Positions 25,361 through 36,340 of a stretch of 39,540 nucleotides of DNA are shown piece by piece; within the stretch, counting starts at the first letter, position 1, and every line of letters begins with the position of its first letter. Made by a program: the position numbers and the translations under genes. The stretch is taken from contig DASVDK010000271.1 of NCBI GenBank assembly GCA_036381125.1, positions 1-39,540 on the forward strand, given 5' to 3'. This DNA comes from Thermodesulfobacteriota bacterium (GTDB lineage Bacteria > DASVDK01). The notes beneath the pieces are model-generated. The model did not search any database, was not told the origin of the DNA, and saw nothing but the letters and a program-made list of their open reading frames with translations.

Positions 25361-26283
25361 GGCGCCCGCGGCGGCAACGGGGCGTGGCGCTCCTCCTGGC
25401 GGTCTCGGTCGTGGCGGTCCTGACGCTCACGGTCTTCCCGTTCGTCTACGAGGGGCGGGTCGAGCGGGCCGTGGCGAGCAACCTCTACACGTCGCTGCAG
25501 GCGCGCCATCTCGCGGAGGGGGGCGTCGCCATCGCGGAGGCGCTGCTTCGCCTCGACGGCGAGAAGCGTGAGGGCGATCCCTACGACGGGCTCGACGAGA
25601 TCTGGGCCCAGTACAACAACGTCCCCGTCGCCGCCGGCGGCGGCGCGGTGTCGATGGTCATCACCGACGAGCACGCGAAGCTCAACCTCCGGCGGCTCGT
25701 GAGCGGCAACACGGTGAACGCCGACTGGCGCAGCTACCTCGAGCGGCTGCTCGTCCTGGTCGCGGAGCAGGACGCCGCCGAGGCGAGGCGGCTCGTCGAC
25801 GCGCTCGTCGACTGGCAGGACACCGAGTCCACCAACGTCACCGGGTCGGGCGGCGCGGAGGAGACCTACTACCGGTCGCTCACGCCTCCCTACAGTCCGG
25901 ACAACGCGCCGCTCGTCACGGTGGCGCAGCTCGGCCTGGTCAAGGGGTGGACCCGGGAGATCGTCCGGAAGGTCACGCCGTTCGTGACCGTCTACGGCGA
26001 GGGGCGGGTGAACCCGAACACCGCGCCTCGGGAAGTGCTCGTCGCCATCGGGCTCGACGAAACCCAGGCGACCCGGGCGGTGGAGAGTCGCGTGCGCGCC
26101 CCCTTCCGCAACATCAACGAGTTCCGGGAGGCCACGGGCTTCACGGGCAACCTGAACTTCCTGACCTACAAGAGCCAGTTCTTCGGCGTCACCGTCACGG
26201 GGAGCTTCCGCGACAGCGTCGCGATCGTCCACACGGTCCTGCAACGCGGACAGTTCCAGCGTCTGTACTGGCGTGTCGAATAG
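25357..26283 (+). CDS. gspK: Minor pseudopilin GspK.
   Basis: MRRPRRQRGVALLLAVSVVAVLTLTV has no Glu5, as expected for GspK, and the downstream GspK core fits. The start overlaps the gspJ stop as ATGA. Confidence 0.75.
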   Translation: MRRPRRQRGVALLLAVSVVAVLTLTVFPFVYEGRVERAVASNLYTSLQARHLAEGGVAIAEALLRLDGEKREGDPYDGLDEIWAQYNNVPVAAGGGAVSMVITDEHAKLNLRRLVSGNTVNADWRSYLERLLVLVAEQDAAEARRLVDALVDWQDTESTNVTGSGGAEETYYRSLTPPYSPDNAPLVTVAQLGLVKGWTREIVRKVTPFVTVYGEGRVNPNTAPREVLVAIGLDETQATRAVESRVRAPFRNINEFREATGFTGNLNFLTYKSQFFGVTVTGSFRDSVAIVHTVLQRGQFQRLYWRVE

Positions 26284-26452
26284 GACACATGCAGAGTTGC
26301 AGAGTACCGTTACAAATTTGCACGCCGGCCCGGCCCGCGGCCGGGCGTCCGGAAGCCGGCCCGCCCCGCTCCGACCGCCGGCGGGCGCCAGAACCTCGTT
26401 CTTTCGCGCCCTTCCGCTCGTCGCCGGGGCTCGGCCCGCGGGTCGGAGGACC

Positions 26453-26469
26453 CGGCACAGCGACTGCAT
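26453..26469 (+). promoter_or_regulatory. Sigma54-type -24/-12 promoter candidate cGGCACagcgacTGCAT inside the gsp cluster. It is immediately followed by TATACT, so a sigma70 -10 is an alternative reading.
   Basis: The GG (26454-55) and GC (26466-67) are 12 nt apart. The match is GGCAC plus TGCAT against TGGCACG-N4-TTGCW. It lies in a locally lower-GC patch, about 120 nt upstream of the small HTH gene. Confidence 0.35.
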
Positions 26470-26589
26470 GCGCTATACTGTGCGAACAAAACGGTGCCCC
26501 GCAGCGTCAGAGTGACGCGGCTGGAGCCCAGGCGGTTCCCCGGAGCCATGACCGAGCCCTGCTCGGTTCGACAGGAGAGACGACACCAG

Positions 26590-26781
26590 ATGGAGAAGCC
26601 GAACGAAGGTCTCACGTCCAAGCAGCTCGCGCAGGTGCTTCCCTTCGCGATCTCGCCGGACGAGATCAACTACCTCGCGCGCCGCAACAAGATCCCGGCG
26701 GAGAAGCGCGGCAAGATGTGGATCTACAAGAAGAAGGACCTCAACAAGATCCTCAAGACCCTCAGCACCCTCAACGCCTAG
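26590..26781 (+). CDS. Small (63-aa), K-rich helix-turn-helix DNA-binding protein of the excisionase/MerR-like HTH_17 type.
   Basis: MEKPNEGLTSKQLAQVLPFAISPDEINYLARRNKIPAEKRGKMWIYKKKDLNKIL follows the HTH_17 pattern (LT.K..A..L.VS..T...L.R.G.IPA.K.G..W.I...DL). A strong AGGAGAG lies 11 nt upstream. The gene is about 59% GC against a 72% background, yet its third codon positions are still G/C-rich. Confidence 0.6.
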   Translation: MEKPNEGLTSKQLAQVLPFAISPDEINYLARRNKIPAEKRGKMWIYKKKDLNKILKTLSTLNA

Positions 26782-26877
26782 CGGGCGGGGCGGCCGCCGA
26801 GCGGACCCGCCTCGCCTCTCCCTTGACAAGTTGTGGATTTACCTGGCGTTTCGGCGCCGAAGCCTACCCGCGTCACC

Positions 26878-26906
26878 TTGACACCCAGGGGTCGCCTTCG
26901 TAGCAT
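26878..26906 (+). promoter_or_regulatory. Sigma70-like promoter TTGACA-N17-TAGCAT directly abutting the gspL start, implying a leaderless mRNA.
   Basis: Seen in sequence. A second ccTTGACA occurs 54 nt upstream at 26824, and the 12-bp palindrome TTCGGCGCCGAA (26846-26857) lies between the two. Confidence 0.35.
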
Positions 26907-26913
26907 GGCCAGC

Positions 26914-28491
26914 ATGTTCCGCTCCGTAGTCGGCCTGGACATCGGCGCCTCGGCCGTGAAGGCGATCGTCCTTCGCGGGGGGCTCCGAACGGTCCAGGTC
27001 GCCTGCGCGACGCGAGTCGAGGAACCCGGCATCCCGCTCTCCGAGCGGCTACGCCGCCTCGCGGCGCTCGAGCCGCTGCGGGCCGACGACGTCCTCACGG
27101 CGCTGCCGGGCCAGCGGGTGTCGACGCGCCTGCTCACCTTCCCGGCGGCGGCCGCGAAGCAGCTCGACAAGGTCGTCCCCTTCGAGCTGGAGACGCAGAT
27201 CCCGTTCACGCTCGACCAGGTCGTCGTCGCCTACCAGCGCGTCTCCCCTGCCGGTGCGGCCGAGGCGTCGGTCCTGGCCGCTGCGGCGCCGACCGGAGAC
27301 GTCGCCCAGCTCCTCGAGGCCTGCACGGCGGCGCAGCTCGAGCCGCGGCGCATCGATCTCGACACCGCGGCCCTCGCCCCGCTCGCCGTGGCGGTCCCAC
27401 CGGTCGCGTCCGAGGCGCCGGGCGCAACGGCCGTGGTGGACCTGGGCGCCAGCAAGACCGGCGTGGCCGTCGTGGCCGACGGCCGGCTCCGCTTCGTCCG
27501 GACGATCACGGGCGGCGGTCAGGCGGTCACGCGCGCGATCGCCCAGGCGCTCGGCCTCTCGGACGTCGAGGCCGAGGCGCGCAAGCGCGATCTCGCGCCG
27601 CAGGCCGCCGACGGCGGCGACGCGGCCGAGGCCGCGGCCCGGATGGCGGTCGTGCGCGGCCTCGAGACGCTCGCGGCCGAGTTGCACAAGACCCTCGCCG
27701 CCTGCCGGCAGGCCGGCGGTCCCGAGGTGACGCGGCTGCTCCTGGTGGGGGGCGGCGCCGCGCAGCCCGGTCTCGCTGCCTTCCTGGAGCGCGCGCTCGA
27801 GCTGCCGGCCCGCGTCGTGCGCCCCTGCGACGTGCCGGGCGTCGGCGGCGCGGCCGTCGAGACGCTCGGCCCGGAGTACACGCCGGCGCTGGCCCTCGCG
27901 CTGCCGGGCACGGGACGCCGCCTGCCCGGCACGCTCGACTTCCGGAAGGGGCCGTTCGCCTACCGGCTGGAGATGGCGGGCCTCAAGCGGCGGCTCGCCG
28001 TCTCGGCGGGCCTCGCGGCGGCCATCCTCGTCCTGCTCGCCGTCGACTTCTACACCGAGTACTCGGCGAAGGTGGAGCGATACGAGGCGGTGCAGGCGCA
28101 GGTGCGAGAGGCCTACCGCGCCATCGTCCCCCAGGGGGCCGCGCCGGCCAACGAGGCGCTCGACCTCAAGGCCCGCACCGAGGGGCTCAAGAAGGAGCTG
28201 TCGCAGATCGGCGGGCTGGCCGGGGGGCGCATCACCCCGCTCGCCGTCCTCGCCGAGCTGTCGACGCGGGTGCCCCGCGACATCCGCGTCGACGTGCTCG
28301 AGCTGGTGGTCGAGAAGAACCAGGTCCGCCTGCGCGCCGAGACCGACTCGTTCGAGTCGGTCGACAAGATGAAGGCGGCGCTGCTCGAGTTCGAGCCCTT
28401 CACGGACATCCAGGTGTCGGACGCCCGCGTGAACGCCAACCAGACGTCGGTCGGCTTCCGGTTCACGATCGCCCTGGCCGACGAGGTATAG
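26914..28491 (+). CDS. gspL: GspL-like protein with a cytoplasmic actin-like PilM-type domain, a TM helix and a PilN-like periplasmic domain.
   Basis: MFRSVVGLDIGASAVKAIV... is a PilM/GspL actin-like N-terminus. A TM helix RRLAVSAGLAAAILVLLAV is followed by a coiled coil and a periplasmic domain. ATG 26905 is an alternative start but overlaps the putative -10. Confidence 0.75.
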   Translation: MFRSVVGLDIGASAVKAIVLRGGLRTVQVACATRVEEPGIPLSERLRRLAALEPLRADDVLTALPGQRVSTRLLTFPAAAAKQLDKVVPFELETQIPFTLDQVVVAYQRVSPAGAAEASVLAAAAPTGDVAQLLEACTAAQLEPRRIDLDTAALAPLAVAVPPVASEAPGATAVVDLGASKTGVAVVADGRLRFVRTITGGGQAVTRAIAQALGLSDVEAEARKRDLAPQAADGGDAAEAAARMAVVRGLETLAAELHKTLAACRQAGGPEVTRLLLVGGGAAQPGLAAFLERALELPARVVRPCDVPGVGGAAVETLGPEYTPALALALPGTGRRLPGTLDFRKGPFAYRLEMAGLKRRLAVSAGLAAAILVLLAVDFYTEYSAKVERYEAVQAQVREAYRAIVPQGAAPANEALDLKARTEGLKKELSQIGGLAGGRITPLAVLAELSTRVPRDIRVDVLELVVEKNQVRLRAETDSFESVDKMKAALLEFEPFTDIQVSDARVNANQTSVGFRFTIALADEV

Positions 28492-28494
28492 GGG

Positions 28495-29022
28495 ATGGCC
28501 ATCACCCTCGCGCGCCGCGAGCGGCGCCTGGTCGTCGGCGGCGCCCTCGTCCTCGCGCTGACGCTGCTCTACGTGCTGGTCCTCGAGCCGCTCCTGACGC
28601 GCAACCGGGACCTGGACCGGCTGATCGCCCAGAAGACGCGCGAGTACGGCGAGGTCGTGCGCCTCGGCGACGAGTACCGGCAGGCGCAGGCGCGGCTCGA
28701 GTCGCTCAGGGCGCGGCTGTCGCGGGCGCCGCAGAACTTCCAGCTCCTCTCCTACCTCGAGAACCTGGCGGTGCAGAACGGCATCCGCGACCGGATCGCC
28801 TACATGAGGCCCCAGCCGCCCGCCACGACCGGCAGCTTCCGCGAGCAGAGCGTCGAGATGCGCCTCGACGCCGTGACCATCAACCAGACGGTCAAGTTCC
28901 TCGATCAGCTCGCCTCCGCGCCGCCCGGGCTTCGAGTCAAGCGGCTCTCCATGGTACGCCGATACGACGACGTGAACCGGCTGGACGTCGTCGTGCAGGT
29001 CGCCGCCTACCAGCTCGCATGA
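28495..29022 (+). CDS. gspM: Type II secretion protein GspM.
   Basis: It is 175 aa with an N-terminal TM helix ([19 protein letters not shown]) and a GspM/PilO-like periplasmic domain, and sits between gspL and gspN. Confidence 0.7.
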   Translation: MAITLARRERRLVVGGALVLALTLLYVLVLEPLLTRNRDLDRLIAQKTREYGEVVRLGDEYRQAQARLESLRARLSRAPQNFQLLSYLENLAVQNGIRDRIAYMRPQPPATTGSFREQSVEMRLDAVTINQTVKFLDQLASAPPGLRVKRLSMVRRYDDVNRLDVVVQVAAYQLA

Positions 29023-29893
29023 CGCGCCGCGCGCGCCTGCTCACCGCGGCCGGCTACGTCGCCCTCTTCGTCGCGGTCTTCTACGTCTCCCTCGTGCTCG
29101 CGTTCCCGGTGGACGCGCTTCGCCGCATGCTGGCGGCGAACGTGGAGGCCTCGACGCCGCTCACGCTGGCCATCGGCAGCCTCTCCCTCGGCTGGGACGG
29201 CGACCTGTCGGCGCGTCAGGTCGTCCTCGGCTGGCCCCGCGCCGGCCGCACGCTGCCGGTGTTCGCGGCCGACCGCGTGGACGTCGACGTCGCCCTGCTG
29301 CCCGCGGCATTCGGCCGGCTCGAGGCGCGCTTCGACGGCGACGCGTACGGCGGGCGCTTCGACGGGCGGCTCGCCGGGCCCCGGGACGGTCCCGCCGAGA
29401 CGGTGCTCGTCGCGCTCGATCGGCTCGACCTGGCCCGCCACGCCGGCCTCGCCGGGGCCGCGCGGGTCGTGGTCGCCGGCCTCCTCTCGGGCGAGCTGCG
29501 CCTGTCGGGCGCGGCCGCCACCCGGCGCACCGGCTACATCCACCTGCGGGTCGAGTCGGGCAGCGTGCGCGAACTGCCGATGATCGCCGCGAGCCTCCCC
29601 GAGGTGGGCGTCGAGCGCGCCACGGTCTCGGCGCGGCTCGACCGCGACCGGCTCGAGGTCGAGAGCGTGGAGGTCCGCGGGCCGGAGCTGACCCTCACCG
29701 GCTCGGGGCAGATCGGCCTGCGGGAGCCGGCGGACGCGTCCACCCTGAACCTCACGTTCCGGCTCAGGCCCGAGCAGCGCTTCCCGCCGACCCTGCGCCG
29801 GCTCCTCGGCGTCGTCGCCCGCGCCCCGGACGCGAGCGGCGCCTTCGGCTTCGTCGTGCTCGGCACGCTGGCCAGGCCCGAGGTCCGCCCGCT

Positions 29894-29897
<4 letters not shown>
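29019..29897 (+). CDS. gspN: Type II secretion protein GspN.
   Basis: [37 protein letters not shown]... has an N-terminal TM helix and a GspN-like periplasmic domain. It overlaps its neighbours as ATGA and GTGA. Confidence 0.65.
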
Positions 29898-31521
<1,624 letters not shown>

Positions 31522-31525
<4 letters not shown>

Positions 31526-32733
31526 GCGCCCGCCGCGCCGTACCGGTCACGGCCCTCGCCGCGGCCTGCTTCGTCGTCTCGGCGGAGGCGCGCGTCGTGG
31601 CGCCGCTCCTGCCGACCATCGCCGCGTCGCTCGGCGTCTCGGTGACGGCCGCCGGCAGCGCCGTGACGCTCTACCTCCTCCCCTACGGCCTCTGCCAGAT
31701 CGGCTACGGGCCGCTCGCCGACCGGATCGGCAAGTTCCGCGTGATCCGCGCCTGCATGCTGGTGCTCGCCGCCGGCACGCTTGCCTGCGCGCTCGCGCCG
31801 TCGCTCGTCGTGCTCGACGTCCTGCGGCTCCTCACCGGCATGGCGGCGGCCGCCATCTTCCCCATGTCGATGGCCCACCTGGGCGACACGCTGCCGTACG
31901 GCGAGCGGCCGCGCGCGATCGGCATCCTCATGAGCGGCGCGGCCGTGGGGCAGACGCTGTCGATCGCGATCGGCGGCGCGATCGGGCAGTTCCTCGACTG
32001 GCGCCTGGTCTTCCTCCTCTACGGCGCGATCGCGCTCGGCATCGGCCTCTGGCTCGCGCAGTTCGCGCCGGCGGCGGCGGCGTCGTCGAGCGCGACCTCC
32101 GGGGAGCCCTGGTGGCGGCCATACGCCCGCCTCCTCGCCAGCCCGACCGGCCGCACGCTCTACCTCATGGTCGCCGTCGAGGGCTTCTTCGCCATGGGGG
32201 CGTTCACGTACGTGACGGCGCTCCTGCAGTGGCGCGACGGGCTCTCCCAGCTTGCCGCCTCGCTCGTCGTCACGGCCAACGGCGTCGGCGCATTCACGGC
32301 CGCCCGGCTCCTCGGGCACGCCTCGCACCGCCTCGGCGAGCGCGGCAGCCTGGTCCTCGGGGGGCTCGGCGCCGGGGTGCCCTACCTCCTGCTCGCGGCG
32401 CCGATCGGCGTCTGGCCGGCGGCACCGCTCCTGCTCGTCATGGGCGCGGGCTGGGTCCTCATGCACAACGTCCTGCAGGTCCGCGCCACCGAGGCGAGCC
32501 CCGAGGCGCGCGGCTCGAGCCTCGCCTTCTTCGCCCTGAGCCTCTTCCTCGGCGGCTCCCTCGGCACCACGGCCCACGGGCTGCTCATCGCCGCGCCGGG
32601 GAGCTACGCGACCGTGATGGCGGTCGGCGGGCTCGGGCTCTGCACCTTCGGTCTGCTCGCGCCGGCGCGGCTCGGCGTCGCACGCCGCAGGCCGAGGCCG
32701 GCCCCCGCCGCCGCGGGCCCGAGCGCGGGATGA
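31522..32733 (+). CDS. Major facilitator superfamily transporter.
   Basis: A 403-aa protein with 12 predicted hydrophobic helices and an MFS-like loop ...[13 protein letters not shown]... Its start overlaps the activator stop as ATGA. The listed upstream extension to 30571 is an antisense artefact. Confidence 0.75.
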
Positions 32734-33686
32734 CGGGGCATCGGGACCGCGCGCGGCACGGCATCACCGGGGCCGAGGCCGAGCGGCCGCTCGCGCTCGT
32801 GTTCGCCCTGACCGCCGCGTACACGGCCGTCGAGATCGTGGCCGGCTTCGTGACCGGGTCGCTCGCCCTGCTGGCCGACGCCGGGCACATGCTGGCCGAC
32901 GTCCTCGGCCTCGCGATGGCCCTCGGCGCGATCCGGTTCGCCCGCCGCGCCGCCACGCCGGGCCGCACGTACGGCTTCTACCGGGCCGAGGTCCTCGCGG
33001 CGCTGGCCAACGGGCTCCTCCTCTTCGGCATCGCCGCCTACATCCTCCTCGAGGCCTGGGCCCGCCTGGTCACCCCCGCGCCGATCGACGCGCTGCCGAT
33101 GGCCGTGGTGGCCGCCGGCGGCCTCGCCGTGAACCTCGTCGGCGTCCGGCTCCTCCACAGGAGCGCCCGACACAACCTCAACGTCCGGGGGGCGTTCCTC
33201 GAGGTCCTGGCCGACCTGCTCGGGTCGCTCGGCGCCTTGCTGGCCGCCGCCGTCATCGCGCTGACCGGCTGGTGGCCGGCCGACCCGCTCGCCTCGCTCG
33301 TCATCGCGCTCTTCGTCGTCCCGCGCGCCTGGCGCCTGCTGCGCAGCGCCCTCGACGTCCTCCTCGAGTCGACGCCGGCCCACATCGACCTCGCCCGCCT
33401 CGAGGCGGCGATGCGGGCGGTCCCGGGCGTCACCTCGGTGCACGACCTCCACGTCTGGACCATCACGAGCGGCTTCGTCGCCATGAGCGCGCACGTCGAG
33501 GCGTCGGGCCGCCGCAGCCACGAGGTCCTCCACGACCTGCAGGCCGTGTTGCGCCGCGACTTCCACATCGAGCACGCCACGCTCCAGGTGGAGCAGCCCG
33601 GCCACGCCGACGACGGCGCCTGCTGCGCGATGGACCCCCGCTGCCTGGTGGTGGGCAGCGAGCCCCCCGAGCCGCGGCGCGGCTGA
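32730..33686 (+). CDS. Cation diffusion facilitator (CzcD/ZitB-like) metal-efflux transporter.
   Basis: ...ALLADAGHMLADVLGLAMAL...ILLEAWARL...HDLHVWTITSG...HATLQVE... are the CDF signatures. The C-terminus has a His/Cys-rich tail. The start overlaps the MFS stop as ATGA. Confidence 0.8.
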   Translation: MTGHRDRARHGITGAEAERPLALVFALTAAYTAVEIVAGFVTGSLALLADAGHMLADVLGLAMALGAIRFARRAATPGRTYGFYRAEVLAALANGLLLFGIAAYILLEAWARLVTPAPIDALPMAVVAAGGLAVNLVGVRLLHRSARHNLNVRGAFLEVLADLLGSLGALLAAAVIALTGWWPADPLASLVIALFVVPRAWRLLRSALDVLLESTPAHIDLARLEAAMRAVPGVTSVHDLHVWTITSGFVAMSAHVEASGRRSHEVLHDLQAVLRRDFHIEHATLQVEQPGHADDGACCAMDPRCLVVGSEPPEPRRG

Positions 33687-33698
33687 GCGGCCGAGCCG

Positions 33699-34598
33699 TC
33701 AGAACGCCCAGGCCAGGAAGTAGAGGACGGCCGTCACGGTGGCCGCGCTGACCGCGGTGGTGACCACCGTGATGCTCGCGACCAGGTCGGGCCGCGCGCC
33801 GTACTCGAGCGCGAGCAGGACCATGATGGCCGCGGTCGGCATGGCGTGCTGGAGCACCAGCACCTTGGCCAGCAGGCCGGTGAGCCCCAGCGGGACAGTC
33901 AGGGCGACCGCGAGGATCGGCCCGAGGACGAGCCGGACGGCCGCCCCGACGACGATCGGCTTCACGTTGCCCTCCACCCGCGTCCGGGCGATCTGCGCGC
34001 CGAGCAGCAGGAGGATCACCGGCACCCCCGCGTCGCCGACGAGCCGCACCGCCCGCAGCAGGCCGCCCGGCACCGGCAGGCCGACCAGCCGGACGGCCAG
34101 GGCGAGGAGCCCCGCGACCACCGGCGGGTTCGACAGCGCGGTGACGACCCCGCGCCGCCAGCCCTCCCGCCCCAGCGTCGCGAACCAGATGCCGATCGGG
34201 TACATCAGGACCAGGTGGATGGCGAGGACCGAGATGCCGAGGAGGTAGCCCTCCCGCCCGTAGGCGAAGAGGATGATCGGCAGCCCGTAGTTGCCGCTGT
34301 TGGTGAAGACCGTGGCGAGCAGGAGCGGGCTCGCGAGCGCCGCGAGGCCGGTGAGGCGGGCGACCAGCACCGTGAGGAGCGCGGCCGCCGCGATGTAGAG
34401 GAGCACGTAGCCGAGCGCGCGGGTCATCGCGGCGGCCGGTACCTCGGCCGTCGCCAGGTAGCCGAAGATCAGGGCCGGCGAGAGGACGACGAGCGTAAAC
34501 CGGGAGAGGGGCTCGAGATCGGTCGCCGTGAAGCGGCCGAACGCGTACCCCGCCCCCAGGATGGCGAGGGCCGGGAGGACGACGTCGACGAAGAGCAC
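33699..34598 (-). CDS. AEC (auxin efflux carrier / MdcF-like) family transporter.
   Basis: A 299-aa protein with 10 hydrophobic segments. Motifs ...VFTNSGNYGLPIILFAYG... and ...LQHAMPTAAIMVLLALEYGARPDLVAS... match the AEC family. Confidence 0.75.
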   Translation of the reverse strand: MLFVDVVLPALAILGAGYAFGRFTATDLEPLSRFTLVVLSPALIFGYLATAEVPAAAMTRALGYVLLYIAAAALLTVLVARLTGLAALASPLLLATVFTNSGNYGLPIILFAYGREGYLLGISVLAIHLVLMYPIGIWFATLGREGWRRGVVTALSNPPVVAGLLALAVRLVGLPVPGGLLRAVRLVGDAGVPVILLLLGAQIARTRVEGNVKPIVVGAAVRLVLGPILAVALTVPLGLTGLLAKVLVLQHAMPTAAIMVLLALEYGARPDLVASITVVTTAVSAATVTAVLYFLAWAF

Positions 34599-34616
34599 GC
34601 CGGCCGCTGGCGCCGG

Positions 34617-35453
34617 CTAGTTCGGGTTGATGATCATGGGGAGCCCGGACTTGTCGCCGAGCACGATGAACTTCGCGTTCTGGCTCCTCGCCAGCTCCTG
34701 CACCGCCTCGATCGCGCGCCACTGCAGGAGCCGCTGGTCGATCCCCTTGCTCACCACCTGCTGGAACTCCGCGATGCCCTGCGCCTCGATCTTCTTCCGC
34801 TCGGCCTCCTGCTGCTCCTTGAGGAGGACGAAGCGCATCCGCTCGGCCTCCTGCTCGGCCGCCGCCTTGGCCTCGATCGCCTGGCGCACCTGCTCGGGCA
34901 GCCGCACGTCGCGCAGCAGCACCGCCTCGAGCCTGACGCCGCGCGCGGCGAGCTTCGGCTCGAGCTCCTTGGCGATCTCCTGCTCGATCATGGCCCGGTC
35001 GGCCGTGTAGAGGGCGCGGGCCTCGTAGCGGGCCGTGACGCCTCGCAGCTCCGAGCGGATCTGCGGCTCCACGACGCGCTGGACGTAGTTCAGCCCGACG
35101 TTCTTGTAGACGGACGGGGCGTCCTCGAGCCTGAAGAGGACCGAGACGTCGGTGCCGACCGAGAGCCCTTCCTTCGACGGCACCAGGGCCGCGTCCTTCA
35201 CCTCGTTGGTCCGCACGTCCATCCGGATGACCCTGGCGAGCGGGTTCACGAGGTGGAGCCCCGGCTGGAGGGCCTCGTCGGAGACCCTCCCGAAGAGGCT
35301 CACCACGCCGACGAACCCGGCCGGGATCTGAACGACGGCCGTCGAGAGGGCGACGGCGATGAGGACGGCGATGGCGACCGGCGCGCCCCACCGGGGCAGG
35401 CCCATCCGGCCGGCGCGCCGGGTGAACTCACGTGGATCGAACGTGTCTCGCAT
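34617..35453 (-). CDS. SPFH/Band-7 (prohibitin/HflC-like) domain membrane protein.
   Basis: It has an N-terminal TM helix, an SPFH core (...VGVVSLFGRVSDEALQPGLHLVNPLARVIRMDVRTNE...) and a C-terminal E/Q/A-rich coiled coil. A strong GGAGGGGAGAGGAG lies upstream of ATG 35453. Confidence 0.8.
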   Translation of the reverse strand: MRDTFDPREFTRRAGRMGLPRWGAPVAIAVLIAVALSTAVVQIPAGFVGVVSLFGRVSDEALQPGLHLVNPLARVIRMDVRTNEVKDAALVPSKEGLSVGTDVSVLFRLEDAPSVYKNVGLNYVQRVVEPQIRSELRGVTARYEARALYTADRAMIEQEIAKELEPKLAARGVRLEAVLLRDVRLPEQVRQAIEAKAAAEQEAERMRFVLLKEQQEAERKKIEAQGIAEFQQVVSKGIDQRLLQWRAIEAVQELARSQNAKFIVLGDKSGLPMIINPN

Positions 35454-35563
35454 GAGACGGCTCCTCTCCCCTCCAGGATGCACCGAGGGTGCGAACGGGC
35501 GGAACGACGGGGCTCGGACGAGGCGGGTGCGGACGGGGGGCGGGCGAGCCGCCGGACGGCAGG

Positions 35564-35758
35564 TCAGTCCTCCTCTCGCGTCTCGCCGAGGCGGATAGGC
35601 TCGAGCTTCACCTGGTCGCGCTTCACCGAGCGGAGTTGGTCGGGCATGGCGATGGTCCGCCCGCAGGCGTCGCACCGCGTCGCCCGGCTCTCGACCTCCT
35701 TGCCGCAGATGGGACACGGTCGATGGCCGGACTGACCCCCGAAGAGCTTGCCGAACAT
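35564..35758 (-). CDS. Small zinc-ribbon protein (64 aa) with two CxxC pairs.
   Basis: MFGKLFGGQSGHRPCPICGKEVESRATRCDACGRTIAMPDQL... It is preceded by a GGGAGGGG RBS and lies just upstream of the SPFH gene on the same strand. ATG 35788 is an alternative start. Confidence 0.45.
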   Translation of the reverse strand: MFGKLFGGQSGHRPCPICGKEVESRATRCDACGRTIAMPDQLRSVKRDQVKLEPIRLGETREED

Positions 35759-35923
35759 GAAGCCCCTCCCGCTCCCAGGCCGGGCCATCCTGCCCTGAAC
35801 GCCCGGGCGCTGTCAAGCCGATCCGGTGCCGGCCCAACCCCGCCAGCGGACCGTGCGGCTCCCGGTCCCCGTCGGAGGTCCAGCCCACGCCCCCGCTGCC
35901 CGGGGGCGCCTGTCCGCCGCCGG

Positions 35924-36340
35924 CTAACGGCGCCCGTAGCCGAGCACCACGAGGATGTCCGGACGGAGCGTGATCGACACCGTACAGGGCGTGGCCTTCG
36001 GGCCGCGCCCGCACGCCACCTCGAGCCAGGTGACCGCGTCCGGGCCCTCACGCAGGCCGACCTGCTCGACCCCGTCGAGCGTCAGGTCGACGTGGAGCGA
36101 GGTCACCGCGCCGTCGGCCACGCGGATGCTCGCCAGGCGCTCGCGCGGCGACAGGAACAGCTCGAGCCAGCCGCCGCCCGCCGCGTCCACCCGGTAGCGG
36201 TAGCGCTGCGCGGCAGGGTCGGACCAGGCCGGCCCGTGTCCGAAGAAGCCCGAGACGAGGTCGAGGTCGAGCGCGAACGCGTCCCGCTCAGCCACGGCCG
36301 GCTCCCAGGGGGCGGCGGCCGCAGCGGCTCGACCGGTCAC
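35924..36340 (-). CDS. Hypothetical protein (138 aa) with no recognised domain.
   Basis: Its GTG start overlaps the stop of the upstream gene as GTGA. Composition is protein-like (...WLELFLSPRERLASIRVADGAVTSLHVDLTLDGVEQVGL...). The listed longer N-terminus would overlap the upstream gene. Confidence 0.4.
   Translation of the reverse strand: MTGRAAAAAAPWEPAVAERDAFALDLDLVSGFFGHGPAWSDPAAQRYRYRVDAAGGGWLELFLSPRERLASIRVADGAVTSLHVDLTLDGVEQVGLREGPDAVTWLEVACGRGPKATPCTVSITLRPDILVVLGYGRR

Noticed and set aside
26494-26589. The longer 95-aa version of the HTH ORF starting at 26494.
   Set aside because: The N-terminal extension (MPRSVRVTRLEPRRFPGAMTEPCSVRQERRHQ) lacks an RBS and would place the sigma54 and TATACT elements inside the coding sequence. 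The ATG at 26590 has a strong AGGAGAG RBS.
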